Below, in pieces: positions 51,686-62,386 of a DNA stretch of 64,000 bases (positions within the stretch are counted from its first letter, which is position 1; every line of letters starts with the position of its first letter). The position numbers and the translations under genes were made by a program. The notes under the pieces were generated by a model. It was not told the origin of the DNA. It saw nothing but the letters and a program-made list of their open reading frames with translations, and did not search any database. The stretch spans positions 68,936 to 132,935 of the forward strand of contig CAVWXH010000005.1 in NCBI GenBank assembly GCA_963758915.1. Reading direction: 5' to 3'. This stretch comes from an uncultured Methanomicrobiales archaeon. Lineage in GTDB: Archaea > Halobacteriota > Methanomicrobia > Methanomicrobiales > Methanospirillaceae.

Positions 51686-51710
51686 TCGTGATATATGCCG
51701 GGAAAACCTT

Positions 51711-51971
51711 ATGCAGCATAATGCGGTGTTCCGCTTCACCGGACATGATATCGGGCATGTATATCAGGCGATTGCGCCCGAAACGGCCGGCGAAGTCAAT
51801 GCGAGGTCTCAGGTAGAGTGCTGGGTAGAAGCCCCGGACACCCTGGTCCTCGTTGTAAATGCATCGGATATCGGGGCACTCAGGGCATCGCTCAACATGT
51901 GGCTACGGCTCGTGAATGTTGCAAAGGAAATGCAGGAAATTATACATAACCGTGGTGGTTACAAACTATGA
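51711..51971 (+). CDS. pcc1: KEOPS complex subunit Pcc1
   Basis: ASDIGALRASLNMWLRLVNVA. Confidence 0.88.
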   Translation: MQHNAVFRFTGHDIGHVYQAIAPETAGEVNARSQVECWVEAPDTLVLVVNASDIGALRASLNMWLRLVNVAKEMQEIIHNRGGYKL

Positions 51972-52330
51972 ACCAGATCTCACCAAAAGTCCAGAACCAG
52001 CTTGCGATGCTGCAACAGATCCAGCAGCAGATGCAGAATGTCATGGCACAGAAAAACCAGTATGAAATGGCGCTCCGGGAAGCGAAACGAGCCGTTGAAG
52101 AGCTTGCAGATGTCCCCGAGGATGGGAATGTATACATGAGCGTTGGGACTGTGATGATGCAGAAGAAAAAGGAATATGTTATCCAGAACCTGACGGAAAA
52201 ACAGGAAACCCTTGACCTTCGTATAAAATCACTTGAAAAACAGGAAAAAATGCTCCAGGGGAAATTTGAGCAGCTCCAGGCCCAGATTAAACAGGCTATC
52301 GAAGGCCCCGGTACCCCGTCCGCAGCATAA
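51968..52330 (+). CDS. pfdB: Prefoldin subunit beta
   Basis: Coiled coils flanking VYMSVG; operon context. Confidence 0.93.
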   Translation: MNQISPKVQNQLAMLQQIQQQMQNVMAQKNQYEMALREAKRAVEELADVPEDGNVYMSVGTVMMQKKKEYVIQNLTEKQETLDLRIKSLEKQEKMLQGKFEQLQAQIKQAIEGPGTPSAA

Positions 52331-52540
52331 CCTCCGCATCAACCTCTTTTAAAAATTTGCAGGATCAAATCAAATCCTTTTCATGGATCTTTTTTCCCCC
52401 TCCCGTCGTTCAACCCTAGGATAGCCAGTTGCCAATTATTCTGGTGCCCATGTCGCAGGGGGCCGGAAATCTCTTGATTTCAAGCAATAAAATGCCCGGA
52501 AAAACCGGTGAAAAAAGGTGATAAACCCATTTTCCCGTAC

Positions 52541-54064
52541 TTACTGTTTCACATGGTGCAGGAGATTAATCGCATTGATCATCGCCTCCGCGGAAGCGAT
52601 AACGATGTCATCACCTGATGCACTCGCATCAAATATGCGCCCGTGTTCATCCTCTACGGCGATGGTCACATGGCCGATTGCATCAGAACCCCCTGAAATT
52701 GCCTCGATATTGAACTCCTTCAGGGTGATCCGGGCTGAAACAATGCCGAGAATTGCATTCAGCGCGGCGTCAACGGGGCCGCTTCCGACACTCGAGTAAA
52801 CATGCTCCACTCCTTTTACTTTTGCCCGGATGCTTGCCGTAGGAATTGCATGATTGCCGGTCATTATAGCAAGGTCATCAAGTTCAATCAGCTTCTCGCC
52901 GTTTACTGAACCCGTCACGCTGCCTGCAATTTCATAGAGGTCCCCATCGGTCACCCTCTTTCCTTTTGCTGAGATGAACTTGACCCGCTCTACAATCTCA
53001 TCCAGCTGGTCATCAGTCGGGTTCACATGTGCATCAGTCAGCATCTGCCGTACTGCATGGCGTCCCACATGTTTCCCGAGTGTCAGCCTCCGGCGGTGGC
53101 CTACCATCTCCGGTGTCATTATACCGGGTTCAAAAGTAGCGGAACACGCGATAACCCCGTGGGAGTGGATACCACTTTCATGCGAGAATGCGTTATCCCC
53201 TACCACCGGCTGGGTCGGCGGGACGCCAAACCCACCGTAGCGGGATACAAGCCTGGACGTTTCTACCAGTTTTTCCAGTTTAATCCCGGTACCAATGCCA
53301 TAGATTGCCTCAAGGACCATGACGGTCTGCGCGAGGTCCGCATTACCTGCACGTTCGCCGAGTCCGTTCACGGTCACCTGTACCTGGGACGCCCCGGATT
53401 CTACTGCAGCAATGGTATTACCCACTGCAAGGCCGAAATCATTGTGGCAATGCACATCAATCGGACAGGTAACTTCGGTTGCAATTTTCCGGACAAGTAC
53501 TTTCATTGCAGACGGGGTGATCACCCCGACGGTATCGGGGACATTTATCACCGTTGCTCCCGCCTCTGCTGCAACCTGGAACACCTTTACGAGATAGTCC
53601 CAGTCAGTCCTCGTTGCATCCATTGCAGAGAACATGCACATGTCGCTGTGGTCTCGTACGTAACCGACAATCTCTCTCGTGATATCCAGTACCTCTTCGG
53701 CACTTTTATGGATCGTGTGGGTACGCTGGACTTCGGAAGTCGGGATAAAGACATGGACCATGTCCACGTCGCAGTCAAGGCAGATATCCACATCCTCTTT
53801 CTTTGACCGCGCAAGGCCGCAAATCCTTGAATCAAGTCCCAGGGCTGCAATTGCCTTCACGGTCTCCCGTTCGGCTTCTGAAGATGCAGGAAACCCTGCT
53901 TCAATTGTATGGACTCCGATTGAGGAAAGCTGCCTGGCTATATCGAGTTTCTGATCAAACTTGAAAGATATACCCGGCGTCTGTTCACCATCGCGTAGCG
54001 TGGTATCGAAAACAGCAATTTTTTTTGGCGCATGGCTAGCGACAAAGAAGACAATTCCCCGCAG
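52541..54064 (-). CDS. 2-isopropylmalate synthase family enzyme (LeuA/CimA); start codon unresolved
   Basis: Frame extends upstream of the tracked GTG through FDTTLRDGEQTPG to a TAG with no in-frame ATG. HCHNDFG, GERAGN, HESGIH and a regulatory domain are present. Confidence 0.9.
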   Translation of the reverse strand: MRGIVFFVASHAPKKIAVFDTTLRDGEQTPGISFKFDQKLDIARQLSSIGVHTIEAGFPASSEAERETVKAIAALGLDSRICGLARSKKEDVDICLDCDVDMVHVFIPTSEVQRTHTIHKSAEEVLDITREIVGYVRDHSDMCMFSAMDATRTDWDYLVKVFQVAAEAGATVINVPDTVGVITPSAMKVLVRKIATEVTCPIDVHCHNDFGLAVGNTIAAVESGASQVQVTVNGLGERAGNADLAQTVMVLEAIYGIGTGIKLEKLVETSRLVSRYGGFGVPPTQPVVGDNAFSHESGIHSHGVIACSATFEPGIMTPEMVGHRRRLTLGKHVGRHAVRQMLTDAHVNPTDDQLDEIVERVKFISAKGKRVTDGDLYEIAGSVTGSVNGEKLIELDDLAIMTGNHAIPTASIRAKVKGVEHVYSSVGSGPVDAALNAILGIVSARITLKEFNIEAISGGSDAIGHVTIAVEDEHGRIFDASASGDDIVIASAEAMINAINLLHHVKQ

Positions 54065-54197
54065 GGACCGTTCGTTCTATCATACTTCAGTATTAGGTAA
54101 TCCCTGATATAAAATGAATCCTCAATAACCTCAAAAAAATGCCCCCTATATCGATACGTTTAATACGATTATTTCCCCTATATTATGAGCGCAAGAC

Positions 54198-54303
54198 CCC
54201 GCCTTAACTCAGCCTGGTAGAGTGCGCGGCTGTAGTATGGTTTGCCGATTGAGGCAACTGCGCGGCTACCGCGATGTCCCCGGTTCGACTCCGGGAGGCG
54301 GGA
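54198..54303 (+). tRNA. tRNA-Tyr(GTA) with 32-nt intron at 37/38 (54236-54267)
   Basis: Acceptor CCCGCCT/AGGCGGG, anticodon GTA at 54232-54234, T-arm GGTTCGACTCC, BHB-compatible junctions. Confidence 0.93.
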
Positions 54304-54321
54304 TAATTTGTGCGAAACGGA

Positions 54322-54394
54322 GCCCAGGTAGTGTAGCGGCCCATCATGTCTGCCTGTCACGCAGACGACTCGGATTCGAATTCCGACCTGGGCG
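54322..54394 (+). tRNA. tRNA-Asp(GTC)
   Basis: Acceptor GCCCAGG/CCTGGGC; anticodon arm TCTGC-CTGTCAC-GCAGA. Confidence 0.95.
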
Positions 54395-54564
54395 TTCTTA
54401 TTTTATGGTTATTTCTGTAATTGACCTCTATTTTATCGATACCTGGAAGGTCCCGGACAGCCCGGGACAAGATCAGGCCCCTTCATACAACGTTTCAGGG
54501 GTTATGTTCATGGAATCGTATAAACCGGATGCCCAACGTATCATTGGGGTAGGAAGAGTGCAAA

Positions 54565-55287
54565 ATGGAGCCCAGGCAAAACGTTCGAATAATTCAGGTA
54601 CTCGTGATTACGTTCATTACCTGCTGTTTCATGGCCGGAACCGTGAGCGCGGGTTGTTCCAGCCAATTATTTCCGGGACTGGGTGGCTGCTGTTCCGACC
54701 CCTGTTGTGAATATAACCAGTCTCTTTGTGTATTCGGTGGACCATGTAGTGAAAGGATGACGATAGTCAGTCTTGGCATGATCGGTTCCCGTTTTTCCGG
54801 AACACCTACCTCAGGCCCGGCTCCCCTTCAGGTACAATTTACGGCTAATTCAGGACCAGATATCGCCTCGTGGTCATGGGATTTCGGAGACGGGTCCTAT
54901 GGTTCAGGGATGAACCCGGTCCATACCTATACTGCGCCGGGTACCTATACGGTGAAGCTAACGGTACGGCAGGGCCAGACAAATGTTAATTACCAGACTT
55001 CGACGTCTTTCTCGTGGGGCCAGGAGAACACGTGGCAGAAAGAGGCAATGATACAGGTAACCGGACCCGTTACTACCGGAAGCCTGGGGTTGTCGGATCA
55101 GAAAGGGGTACTTATCCCGGCGACAGGGCTCATCCAGGCAGGTAACCCTGAACAGCCTGAACTCGCTACCCTGTACCAGCCTGGAATGTACCAGGCCGTT
55201 TGGAAACCCCAGCCTCTTACGTATCAGCAGGGAAAAATATCCCCAAGGGCGTCGGGGCTGACTTCATGGAAGACCGGGGTGCTTTGA
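54565..55287 (+). CDS. Secreted PKD-domain protein with Cys-rich N-terminus
   Basis: Signal peptide; SGPAPLQVQF...WSWDFGDG...NPVHTYTAPGTYTVKLTV. Confidence 0.85.
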   Translation: MEPRQNVRIIQVLVITFITCCFMAGTVSAGCSSQLFPGLGGCCSDPCCEYNQSLCVFGGPCSERMTIVSLGMIGSRFSGTPTSGPAPLQVQFTANSGPDIASWSWDFGDGSYGSGMNPVHTYTAPGTYTVKLTVRQGQTNVNYQTSTSFSWGQENTWQKEAMIQVTGPVTTGSLGLSDQKGVLIPATGLIQAGNPEQPELATLYQPGMYQAVWKPQPLTYQQGKISPRASGLTSWKTGVL

Positions 55288-55331
55288 GACTGGAGGGAAA
55301 GACAGACTATTGTCTGACCCGGGCCCCTGGT

Positions 55332-55514
55332 ATGAAAGCAGTCGTTGACAGGATAGAGGATGGTACTGCCATCCTTGATCTCTGTGAAGGTGGCGGGACC
55401 ATTATCCGGCTTCCGCTCTTTTTATTGCCTGATGCACGAGAGGGGGACATCGTGGACCTGATAGTCACGAGAGATGAGGCAGGAACTGCAACTGCAAGGG
55501 AAAAGAGCTGGTGA
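55332..55514 (+). CDS. DUF3006 family protein
   Basis: MKAVVDRIEDGTAIL...LPDAREGDIV. Confidence 0.8.
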   Translation: MKAVVDRIEDGTAILDLCEGGGTIIRLPLFLLPDAREGDIVDLIVTRDEAGTATAREKSW

Positions 55515-55736
55515 ACTGATTAATAAACTTGAAAACAACTTATCTGTATGAATCCTATATGCACAATTCTTTTATCAATATTCTAACCCGTAAAAAGATA
55601 TATGCTGTTTGCGTCTGTATCTTAACTATAGATATATTGGAGGGATCATATGAAGGGATGATTACTGATCTCTTATACACTCGGTTGTTCCGAATTGTAT
55701 GAATCATGGATAGTAAAGAATCAGGTGAGAGTGATG

Positions 55737-56410
55737 ATGGGAACGAAGTGTATAAAAAAATCTGTTTTACATGCGGTATTGATTGTCCTCATATGTGCGG
55801 TATTAATGATGACGGTATCCGCGACAACCGTGGATTTAGGAAAGAATAACCAGTTATTTATCCAAAAGGCGGATTGTTTATCAGATTCCACCCGGAAATC
55901 AGGAAATTCTGATCTGTTAAGATGCAACCCCGAATGGTGTATCCTGCATTCTACACCATTATCAAACCTCCTCCAATGCCTCATATTTCAAAAAGCTGGT
56001 GCATATACCCCTATTGCTAATTATGGGTACAAGATAACCCAGCCAGTTTATTATCCATCGGTTACGCCAGTGCCGGAACAGGGAATTGGAGTAATATCTG
56101 TTCCAGGAAGTTCAAATTCAACATTGGGTGGGCTTATTATTCGTGGGAACCAGGACGGGGACTGGATTAGTCTGAGATCTAATTTTTATAACCCCAGCAA
56201 GGAGATATATAATGGTCGTTGGCAAATTGATGTGGGTGTGACTCCGGCATATTGGGAAAATATGATATTACCCGGATCTTATACAATAAAAATCGCTGCA
56301 GGTACCGATGCAAAAGGGTCTTTACTATTGTGAAACGGTTACTGTAATGGCAGGACAGACAACCATCATCCAGGCTAAACAGCTTGTGCCCGCTCTGCTC
56401 AAGTTGTTAA
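55737..56410 (+). CDS. Secreted hypothetical protein with PEGA-like C-terminus (probable frameshifts; ends approximate)
   Basis: Signal peptide (MTVSA); GVTP...PGSYTIKI, with CETVTVMAGQTT in the next frame. Confidence 0.5.
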
Positions 56411-56815
56411 CCGGAAACGTAACATTTCACCTCACTTTTTTTGTCGAACCTTTGTTTCAAATCTGATTTGTATTGAAATTCAGGTAGAACACGACCTGGA
56501 CAATAAATGATTAGTGATCAGATCACTGTTCTTTCCATAATCTCATTTTGAATTACATCGGCCAGGATTTATTGCGTGGTCTCCTTAATGCGTATGAGAT
56601 GTTAAACCCCACTATTGATTCAATCGCCCTGTATTAACAGTAATTAAATATTCCGAAGGGATCTCAATTACTTATCCCTCACTAGGAATGAAATCTTCGT
56701 TGTGAATCACCATTAATTAGGGGTGTAAGATTCCCCTCCTGCTATCTGAAATAGGGTGGGAGCTGGAAAATCAATCCCACCCTTCAATTAATAAGTTTGG
56801 GTTGTTGATTTGAAG

Positions 56816-58402
56816 CCCAAGTTTGCCAGTTTGAATCATAACATACAGAAGAGGTAACCTATCGCCACCACTTTTTTTGTCAGTAAAAGCAATTTGACAG
56901 TTCGGTAATTTATCCCCCTCTCACCACATGAAATACCCCAGTTTGACCTTAAAACCATCATGTTAATGGCATCGAAGTTGGAGTAGACATACGTTTTGAC
57001 CTTCCGTCCCCATGAGTCAACGGTGACTGTCAAATTCGATAGAGATTTTTTGATGAATTTCGTGGATATATGCTTGAGATCTGAAATTTCGTATCTCATC
57101 AGCGAGATAAATAACTGAGCAATAAATCCAATGATTAACGCCCCTTAAATGCTGTTATCAGTCCATACTCTGAGTGGTTTGATTTCAATCTCATTCTTCA
57201 GAGAATTGAAAATCTTCTCGATTGAGTCTTTTTTCCGGTATGTCAGAAGAGCCTCGGCAAGTGTCAAATTCTTACTTGATTTCAGGCAGAAAAATCCCCT
57301 CTCTGCCGGTTATGATATTTTCTTCAAGCAGTTTCACCGCCTCATCTTCGGAGAGTTCAATAAGCTTTGTCTGGATAGAATATTCGACATCTATTAGCAG
57401 ATTATTGATTCTGAATCGTTTTGGAAGTTTTTTCCCATGATCGATGCTTTCCTGTATGGCCTTTGCTTCGTGCATCTGTCTCAATATTTTTCTGGCTCTG
57501 TGATTCGAGCTGCTCTTTTTGAAGTTTTTTTGAAAAGAAGAGATAATTCACACTGTTTGGTTTTTCGATTTTAATCCCTTTAATTCCATTTTCTGCGTCA
57601 ATGGTAAGAGGATTATATTCATCGAATCTCGAAATTATTCGGTCGTCACTTTTGTTGAGCTTCTTGGCAGTCATATACTGCAGGTTATCTGCCTTGATCA
57701 TAGCTGTATTTTCGATACTGTTCGCGCCTTTATCGAAAATTACCAGTGAGCCTTTTTTTAGCCTATCCTTTACCCGGAGATAGGTTTTTTCGAAATGTTT
57801 CTGATCGTTGGTATTTCCGGGTTCAATGGTGAGGCCAATCGGGATGTTTATCGGATCGGCAAGTTCAGTGATTCCCAAAGTGATTTGCTTTTTATCCGGC
57901 CGGTGATCGCGGCTGTAACCGTACTTTCCGAGGTTTGCTTCTTTTCCATGCAGGACTAGACTGCTCCAGTCCATATTGATATCCGTATGCTCAAAATCGT
58001 ATCTTGCAAACAGGTTGTCCTGTAGGTCTGAAATGATCTCTTCTTTGTTGGCTCCGATTGTTTCAAGAATACGATAAAGCGTCCTTTCACCGAATGGTTC
58101 AAGTTCAAATATCTCAAGAACTTCTTCGCGGTTTATCCATTCGTGCGCTCGTTTTATGCTGAAATCGTCATTCAGTTTGTAACTGAAGAGGGCTTTTAGC
58201 AGTTTATTGATATCTATGCCATTCTTCTTGTGTTTCCCGAAGATTTCACTGCAATTCAAAAACCGATACAGATTTTCTACCGAATATATGGTCCCTATAG
58301 GAAAGGATATATTCTGATTGGGAACAATTTCATATGTTCTTGGTTTTTGAGGCATAATTCAATTTGACCAAGAAAAATCTTATTTTCAGTGGCAAAGTTG
58401 GG
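56816..58402 (-). mobile_element. IS1634-family insertion sequence (1587 bp)
   Basis: Imperfect TIR CCCAAGTTTGCCA / TGGCAAAGTTGGG; 6-bp TSD TTGAAG (56810-56815 and 58403-58408). Confidence 0.9.
56836..58355 (-). pseudogene. IS1634-family DDE transposase, frameshifted
   Basis: GYSRDHRPDKKQ, FDKG and YRKKDSIEKIF motifs spread across several frames. Confidence 0.85.
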
Positions 58403-58881
58403 TTGAAGACATTTTTTGCACCTCCTGTATTTGCCCCGATAATAGGGCACCTCTCTGTGCCCACGGAACTCAAGCACACCCCTTAAAAATACCTTTAAAT
58501 TTAGCGATAGGGCTGTGAATGACCGTTTTCTGGTAGATCCTGGTAAATAATCCTTCCTCCTGTAATAAACTACATATTGCTATACATAACTGGACTATCA
58601 ATTGATGACCTGATACATCGTTCAATTAAAATATTCAGATCTTTTTTCGAAAAATAAGTGTACTAGCCTTATTTTCTTTCAAAGGATTTGGAAGACACTG
58701 GATAGCAATAAGGAATTAATTGCCTCGACTCCCTTCCGAGTCATGGCCGGATATGTAAACCCGGCGCGATTGAATCCTATCCTGGTTCACCTGAAGGATA
58801 CAGCGAAAATCGTTTAATTTATCTTCCTGTCCTATCCAATTAAGTGAAGTAATACCGGCAACCCTGGAGAATTGGAAAGAT

Positions 58882-59505
58882 ATGACTGGGAAAACAGAAA
58901 ACTTTGCTAAAAAAACTGAAGAACAAAATATTGAGAACGCCAAGGGGGAGATCGCCAGAAGTACGCGGCCTGGTAGCGACCCCCAGGTCAGGCAATATGC
59001 ATCGATCCTCCTTGGTAAGTTAAAAGAGTCGGATGGGGTAGAGCCCCTCCTCATGGCTCTCCGTGACCCCGAGAAAAAAGTCCGGGAACAGGCCGCAAAA
59101 GCACTTGGTGAAATCGGTGGTCCGTCCGTGGATCCCCTGATACTTCTATTGGATGACCCGGACTGGAAAGTGAGATATCGTGCAGCTGAGGCGCTTGAAA
59201 TAACCGGATCGAACAAAGCCGTTCCATTTCTTATCAATTCGCTTGATGATCCAAAAGATCATGTTCGGTACATGGCAGCGAAGGCGCTTGGGACATTAGG
59301 GTCCGGAGATGCCGAGAAAGCACTCATTGCCAGGCTTGGGGATGAAAATGAATTCGTACGCAGGAGTGTGGCAACGGCTCTCGGAAAAACCGGTGGCATT
59401 GCCGCGAAGGAAGCGCTAAAAAAATCCCTGGCCAAAGAACCATCGGGAGAGGTCTGCGATGTTATAGGATCTGCGTTACAACTTCTCGAAAAAAAGGGAG
59501 TGTGA
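58882..59505 (+). CDS. HEAT/PBS-lyase repeat protein
   Basis: Repeated L.D....VR..AA.ALG units. Confidence 0.88.
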   Translation: MTGKTENFAKKTEEQNIENAKGEIARSTRPGSDPQVRQYASILLGKLKESDGVEPLLMALRDPEKKVREQAAKALGEIGGPSVDPLILLLDDPDWKVRYRAAEALEITGSNKAVPFLINSLDDPKDHVRYMAAKALGTLGSGDAEKALIARLGDENEFVRRSVATALGKTGGIAAKEALKKSLAKEPSGEVCDVIGSALQLLEKKGV

Positions 59506-59552
59506 GTTTTTTTATTGCTACCTGTTCCATAGGGCCCGGGGTAACAATGGGA

Positions 59553-61541
59553 TTACCTGATTTTTGTACCCGGCTCGACAGGTGTTTCCGGTTTCAGCAG
59601 GGATGCACGGTCCCCGGCGGCAAGGACCATTCCCCTGCTTTCAATTCCGAAAATTTTTGCTGTTTTTAAATTAACAAGTACAACCACGGTTTTCCCTACT
59701 AGTTCTTCAGGCTTATAAAACTGGGAAATACCACTGACAATCTGCCGTGTCTCGGTGCCGATGTCCACCTGGAGTTTGAGAAGTTTACTCGATTTCGGCA
59801 CCGCCTCCGCCGAGATAATTGTTCCTGTCCTGATATCCAGCGCAGAAAAATCCTCAATGGTGATATCAGGAATCTTTTCCTGCGGTTTTCCTGCGGCAAG
59901 AACCCGGCTGGCAAGGAGGGTATCGAGTTCTTTCAACAATGTATCATCGATCTTCTCAAACAGTGGTTTTGGTGGTTCCAGATTTCCCGGGGTCAGCCCA
60001 AGGATGGACTCACTCACCGGATGATCAGTCAGGTCGTCCTGGTACCCGAGCATTGCCCATATAGCACCCGCCTTGCCAGGCATTACGGGTTCGATAATCA
60101 GTGCCAGCGCTTTCACGATCTGGAGGCAGTTCCTGATAACCTTCCCTGCTTCATCCTTGTCGGTTTTTATTAATTTCCATGGAGCTGTTGTCTGGATATA
60201 GTTGTTACCCAGTGCGGCAAGCCCCATCATCGCATCGACCGCATTTTTAAATTCATACTGGCGAATTGCTGAATCGACGGTGGTCAGGCATTTATTAATC
60301 TCATCGGTTATTCGTGGATCAGCATCCCCTTCAGGAATGCCTCCGTACTCCTTGTGGGCGAAATAAAGTGTCCGATAGACAAAATTTCCGAGCGTATTGA
60401 CCAGTTCGTTATTTACCCGTTCCTGGAATACCTTCCATGAAAAATTGAGTTCTTTTGTGTGGTTGGTATACGAAAGGAGGTAATACCGGAGATAATCGGG
60501 AGAAAGGCCTTTATCAAGGTAATCCTCGTTTGTCCAGACGACGTAACCCCGTGACTTTGAGAATTTATGGTCATCCACTTTTACCATGCCGCTCGCTACG
60601 ATTGAATGAGGGATACCATAACCGGCTCCTTTGAGCAAGGCCGGCCAGAAGATACAGTGGTGGTAGATGATGTCTCCGCCTATGAAATGGGTTACCTGTG
60701 TATCACCGCACCAGTAGTTTCTCCAGTTTTTACCATGTTTCTTTGCCCATTCTTCGGTAAACGAGATATATCCAACCGGGGCATCGACCCAGACATAGAC
60801 CACGAGGTCCTCTCTCCCCGGAAATTTAACCCCCCAGTCAAGCGTCCGTGTGACACACCAGTCGTGTAACTCATCCGTGACCCATCCAAGGGCATAATTG
60901 CGGGCATTGGACGTCCCTTCAAGGGTATCGAGGTAGGAAAGGAGGAAATCTTTGAATTCGCTCAGTTTGAAGAAATAATGTTCCTGGTCCCGGAATTCAG
61001 CCCTGGTCCCACACACGGTGCAGGTCGGCTCTTTTATTTCCCCGGGTTCGAGGTGGCGGCCACACCCCTGGTCACATTCATCTCCCCGTGCGGGAGTGTT
61101 GCAGTGGGGACAGAGGCCTTCAACGTACCGGTCAGGAAGGAACCGTTTACATTTCGTGCAATAGCTCTGGTGGACTATTTTTGAATAAATATAGCCATTA
61201 TTAATCAGTGTGTTCATTATTGCCCGGGTCCGCTCGTGGTTCGTCGGATTATCTGTCATACCGAAATGATCAAAAATTACATTAACACGCCTGAATGTTT
61301 CAAAGAAATGCAGGTGATATTTTTCGGCAAGGCTTCGCGGTGAAACGCCTGCTTCTTCAGCACTTACTACGACAGGTGTTCCATGATTGTCTGACCCGCA
61401 GACGAATACGACCTCCTCGCCCGCTCTTCGCAGGTACCGGACATAAAAATCCGCCGGAACATAGGTACGGAGATGCCCGAGGTGGCAGGGACCGTTCGTA
61501 TACGGGAGTCCGCAAGTCACCAGTATTGGTTTCCTGATCAT
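59553..61541 (-). CDS. metG: Methionine--tRNA ligase
   Basis: LPYTNGPCHLGH, Zn knuckle, KFSKS and a C-terminal tRNA-binding OB domain. Confidence 0.97.
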   Translation of the reverse strand: MIRKPILVTCGLPYTNGPCHLGHLRTYVPADFYVRYLRRAGEEVVFVCGSDNHGTPVVVSAEEAGVSPRSLAEKYHLHFFETFRRVNVIFDHFGMTDNPTNHERTRAIMNTLINNGYIYSKIVHQSYCTKCKRFLPDRYVEGLCPHCNTPARGDECDQGCGRHLEPGEIKEPTCTVCGTRAEFRDQEHYFFKLSEFKDFLLSYLDTLEGTSNARNYALGWVTDELHDWCVTRTLDWGVKFPGREDLVVYVWVDAPVGYISFTEEWAKKHGKNWRNYWCGDTQVTHFIGGDIIYHHCIFWPALLKGAGYGIPHSIVASGMVKVDDHKFSKSRGYVVWTNEDYLDKGLSPDYLRYYLLSYTNHTKELNFSWKVFQERVNNELVNTLGNFVYRTLYFAHKEYGGIPEGDADPRITDEINKCLTTVDSAIRQYEFKNAVDAMMGLAALGNNYIQTTAPWKLIKTDKDEAGKVIRNCLQIVKALALIIEPVMPGKAGAIWAMLGYQDDLTDHPVSESILGLTPGNLEPPKPLFEKIDDTLLKELDTLLASRVLAAGKPQEKIPDITIEDFSALDIRTGTIISAEAVPKSSKLLKLQVDIGTETRQIVSGISQFYKPEELVGKTVVVLVNLKTAKIFGIESRGMVLAAGDRASLLKPETPVEPGTKIR

Positions 61542-61582
61542 CACACTATTTCTTGAAGTGATGATATAAATAAGATGATACA

Positions 61583-62386
61583 ATGAGTAAAAAAATAAAA
61601 TTTCAGACCTGTTCTCTTGGATCAGAGCCGGATCCAAGCCCGGATAAAGACGAACTGGTCAGTTGGATCCGGTCGAGGGCCGGTCTTGGCGGAGACCTGG
61701 CCCGGTACTGGTTTCAAAACCCCCTGCGTTATCAGCGGGAGGCTGAAGTGGACGTTCCCTGTGCAGGTGGGTTATTCTACGGTGAACGTCTGCTGGAATG
61801 CCTCGCAGGGATAGATAAGGGAACAATTACCGGGGAGTTAGGTCTTGATCCCGGCCTCTTGAAAACGGATGTAGGGGAGGTTGTCAAAAAGCCTCTCCCC
61901 CTTTGGGTCGCAATGCCCAGCCCCGGGCGGCTTGGCATTACCGATGAGTACTATGGGGACCCGGAAGAGGCATCAAGAAACATGTATCTCTTGTTCAGGC
62001 GGCTGATGCGTGAAATGCGTGATTCAGGGGCCGATGGCCATGTCCTAATCTGCGACCATGTTGTAGAGGAGGAGCTTGAATCGTTATGCAGGAAAAAAAT
62101 TCTCTTTTATTTATCCGTCCCTGACCAGGAAGGTCTTGAAATGCTCCTTGAACACCAGAGAACGATTGCAGTTTCAGGCGCTGCTATTGACCTGGTCGTG
62201 AGTCTCAAAGAAGAGTATCCCGTAGATAACCTGATACTTATCGATCCCACAAATGTCGGGCTGGAAAAATCGTTAGAACACTGGGAAAAGGACCATATTA
62301 AAGCCGGAGGTTACTGCATTGAAAACTGTGCAGAATACTGGAAAAAAATTGTTAATACGGCTGATTTCCAGGCGCCGTCAGAATGA
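61583..62386 (+). CDS. Conserved hypothetical protein
   Basis: 267-aa ORF divergent from metG. Confidence 0.72.
   Translation: MSKKIKFQTCSLGSEPDPSPDKDELVSWIRSRAGLGGDLARYWFQNPLRYQREAEVDVPCAGGLFYGERLLECLAGIDKGTITGELGLDPGLLKTDVGEVVKKPLPLWVAMPSPGRLGITDEYYGDPEEASRNMYLLFRRLMREMRDSGADGHVLICDHVVEEELESLCRKKILFYLSVPDQEGLEMLLEHQRTIAVSGAAIDLVVSLKEEYPVDNLILIDPTNVGLEKSLEHWEKDHIKAGGYCIENCAEYWKKIVNTADFQAPSE

Noticed and set aside
54222-54710. 162-aa ORF
   Set aside because: Overlaps two clear tRNA genes and the PKD gene start.
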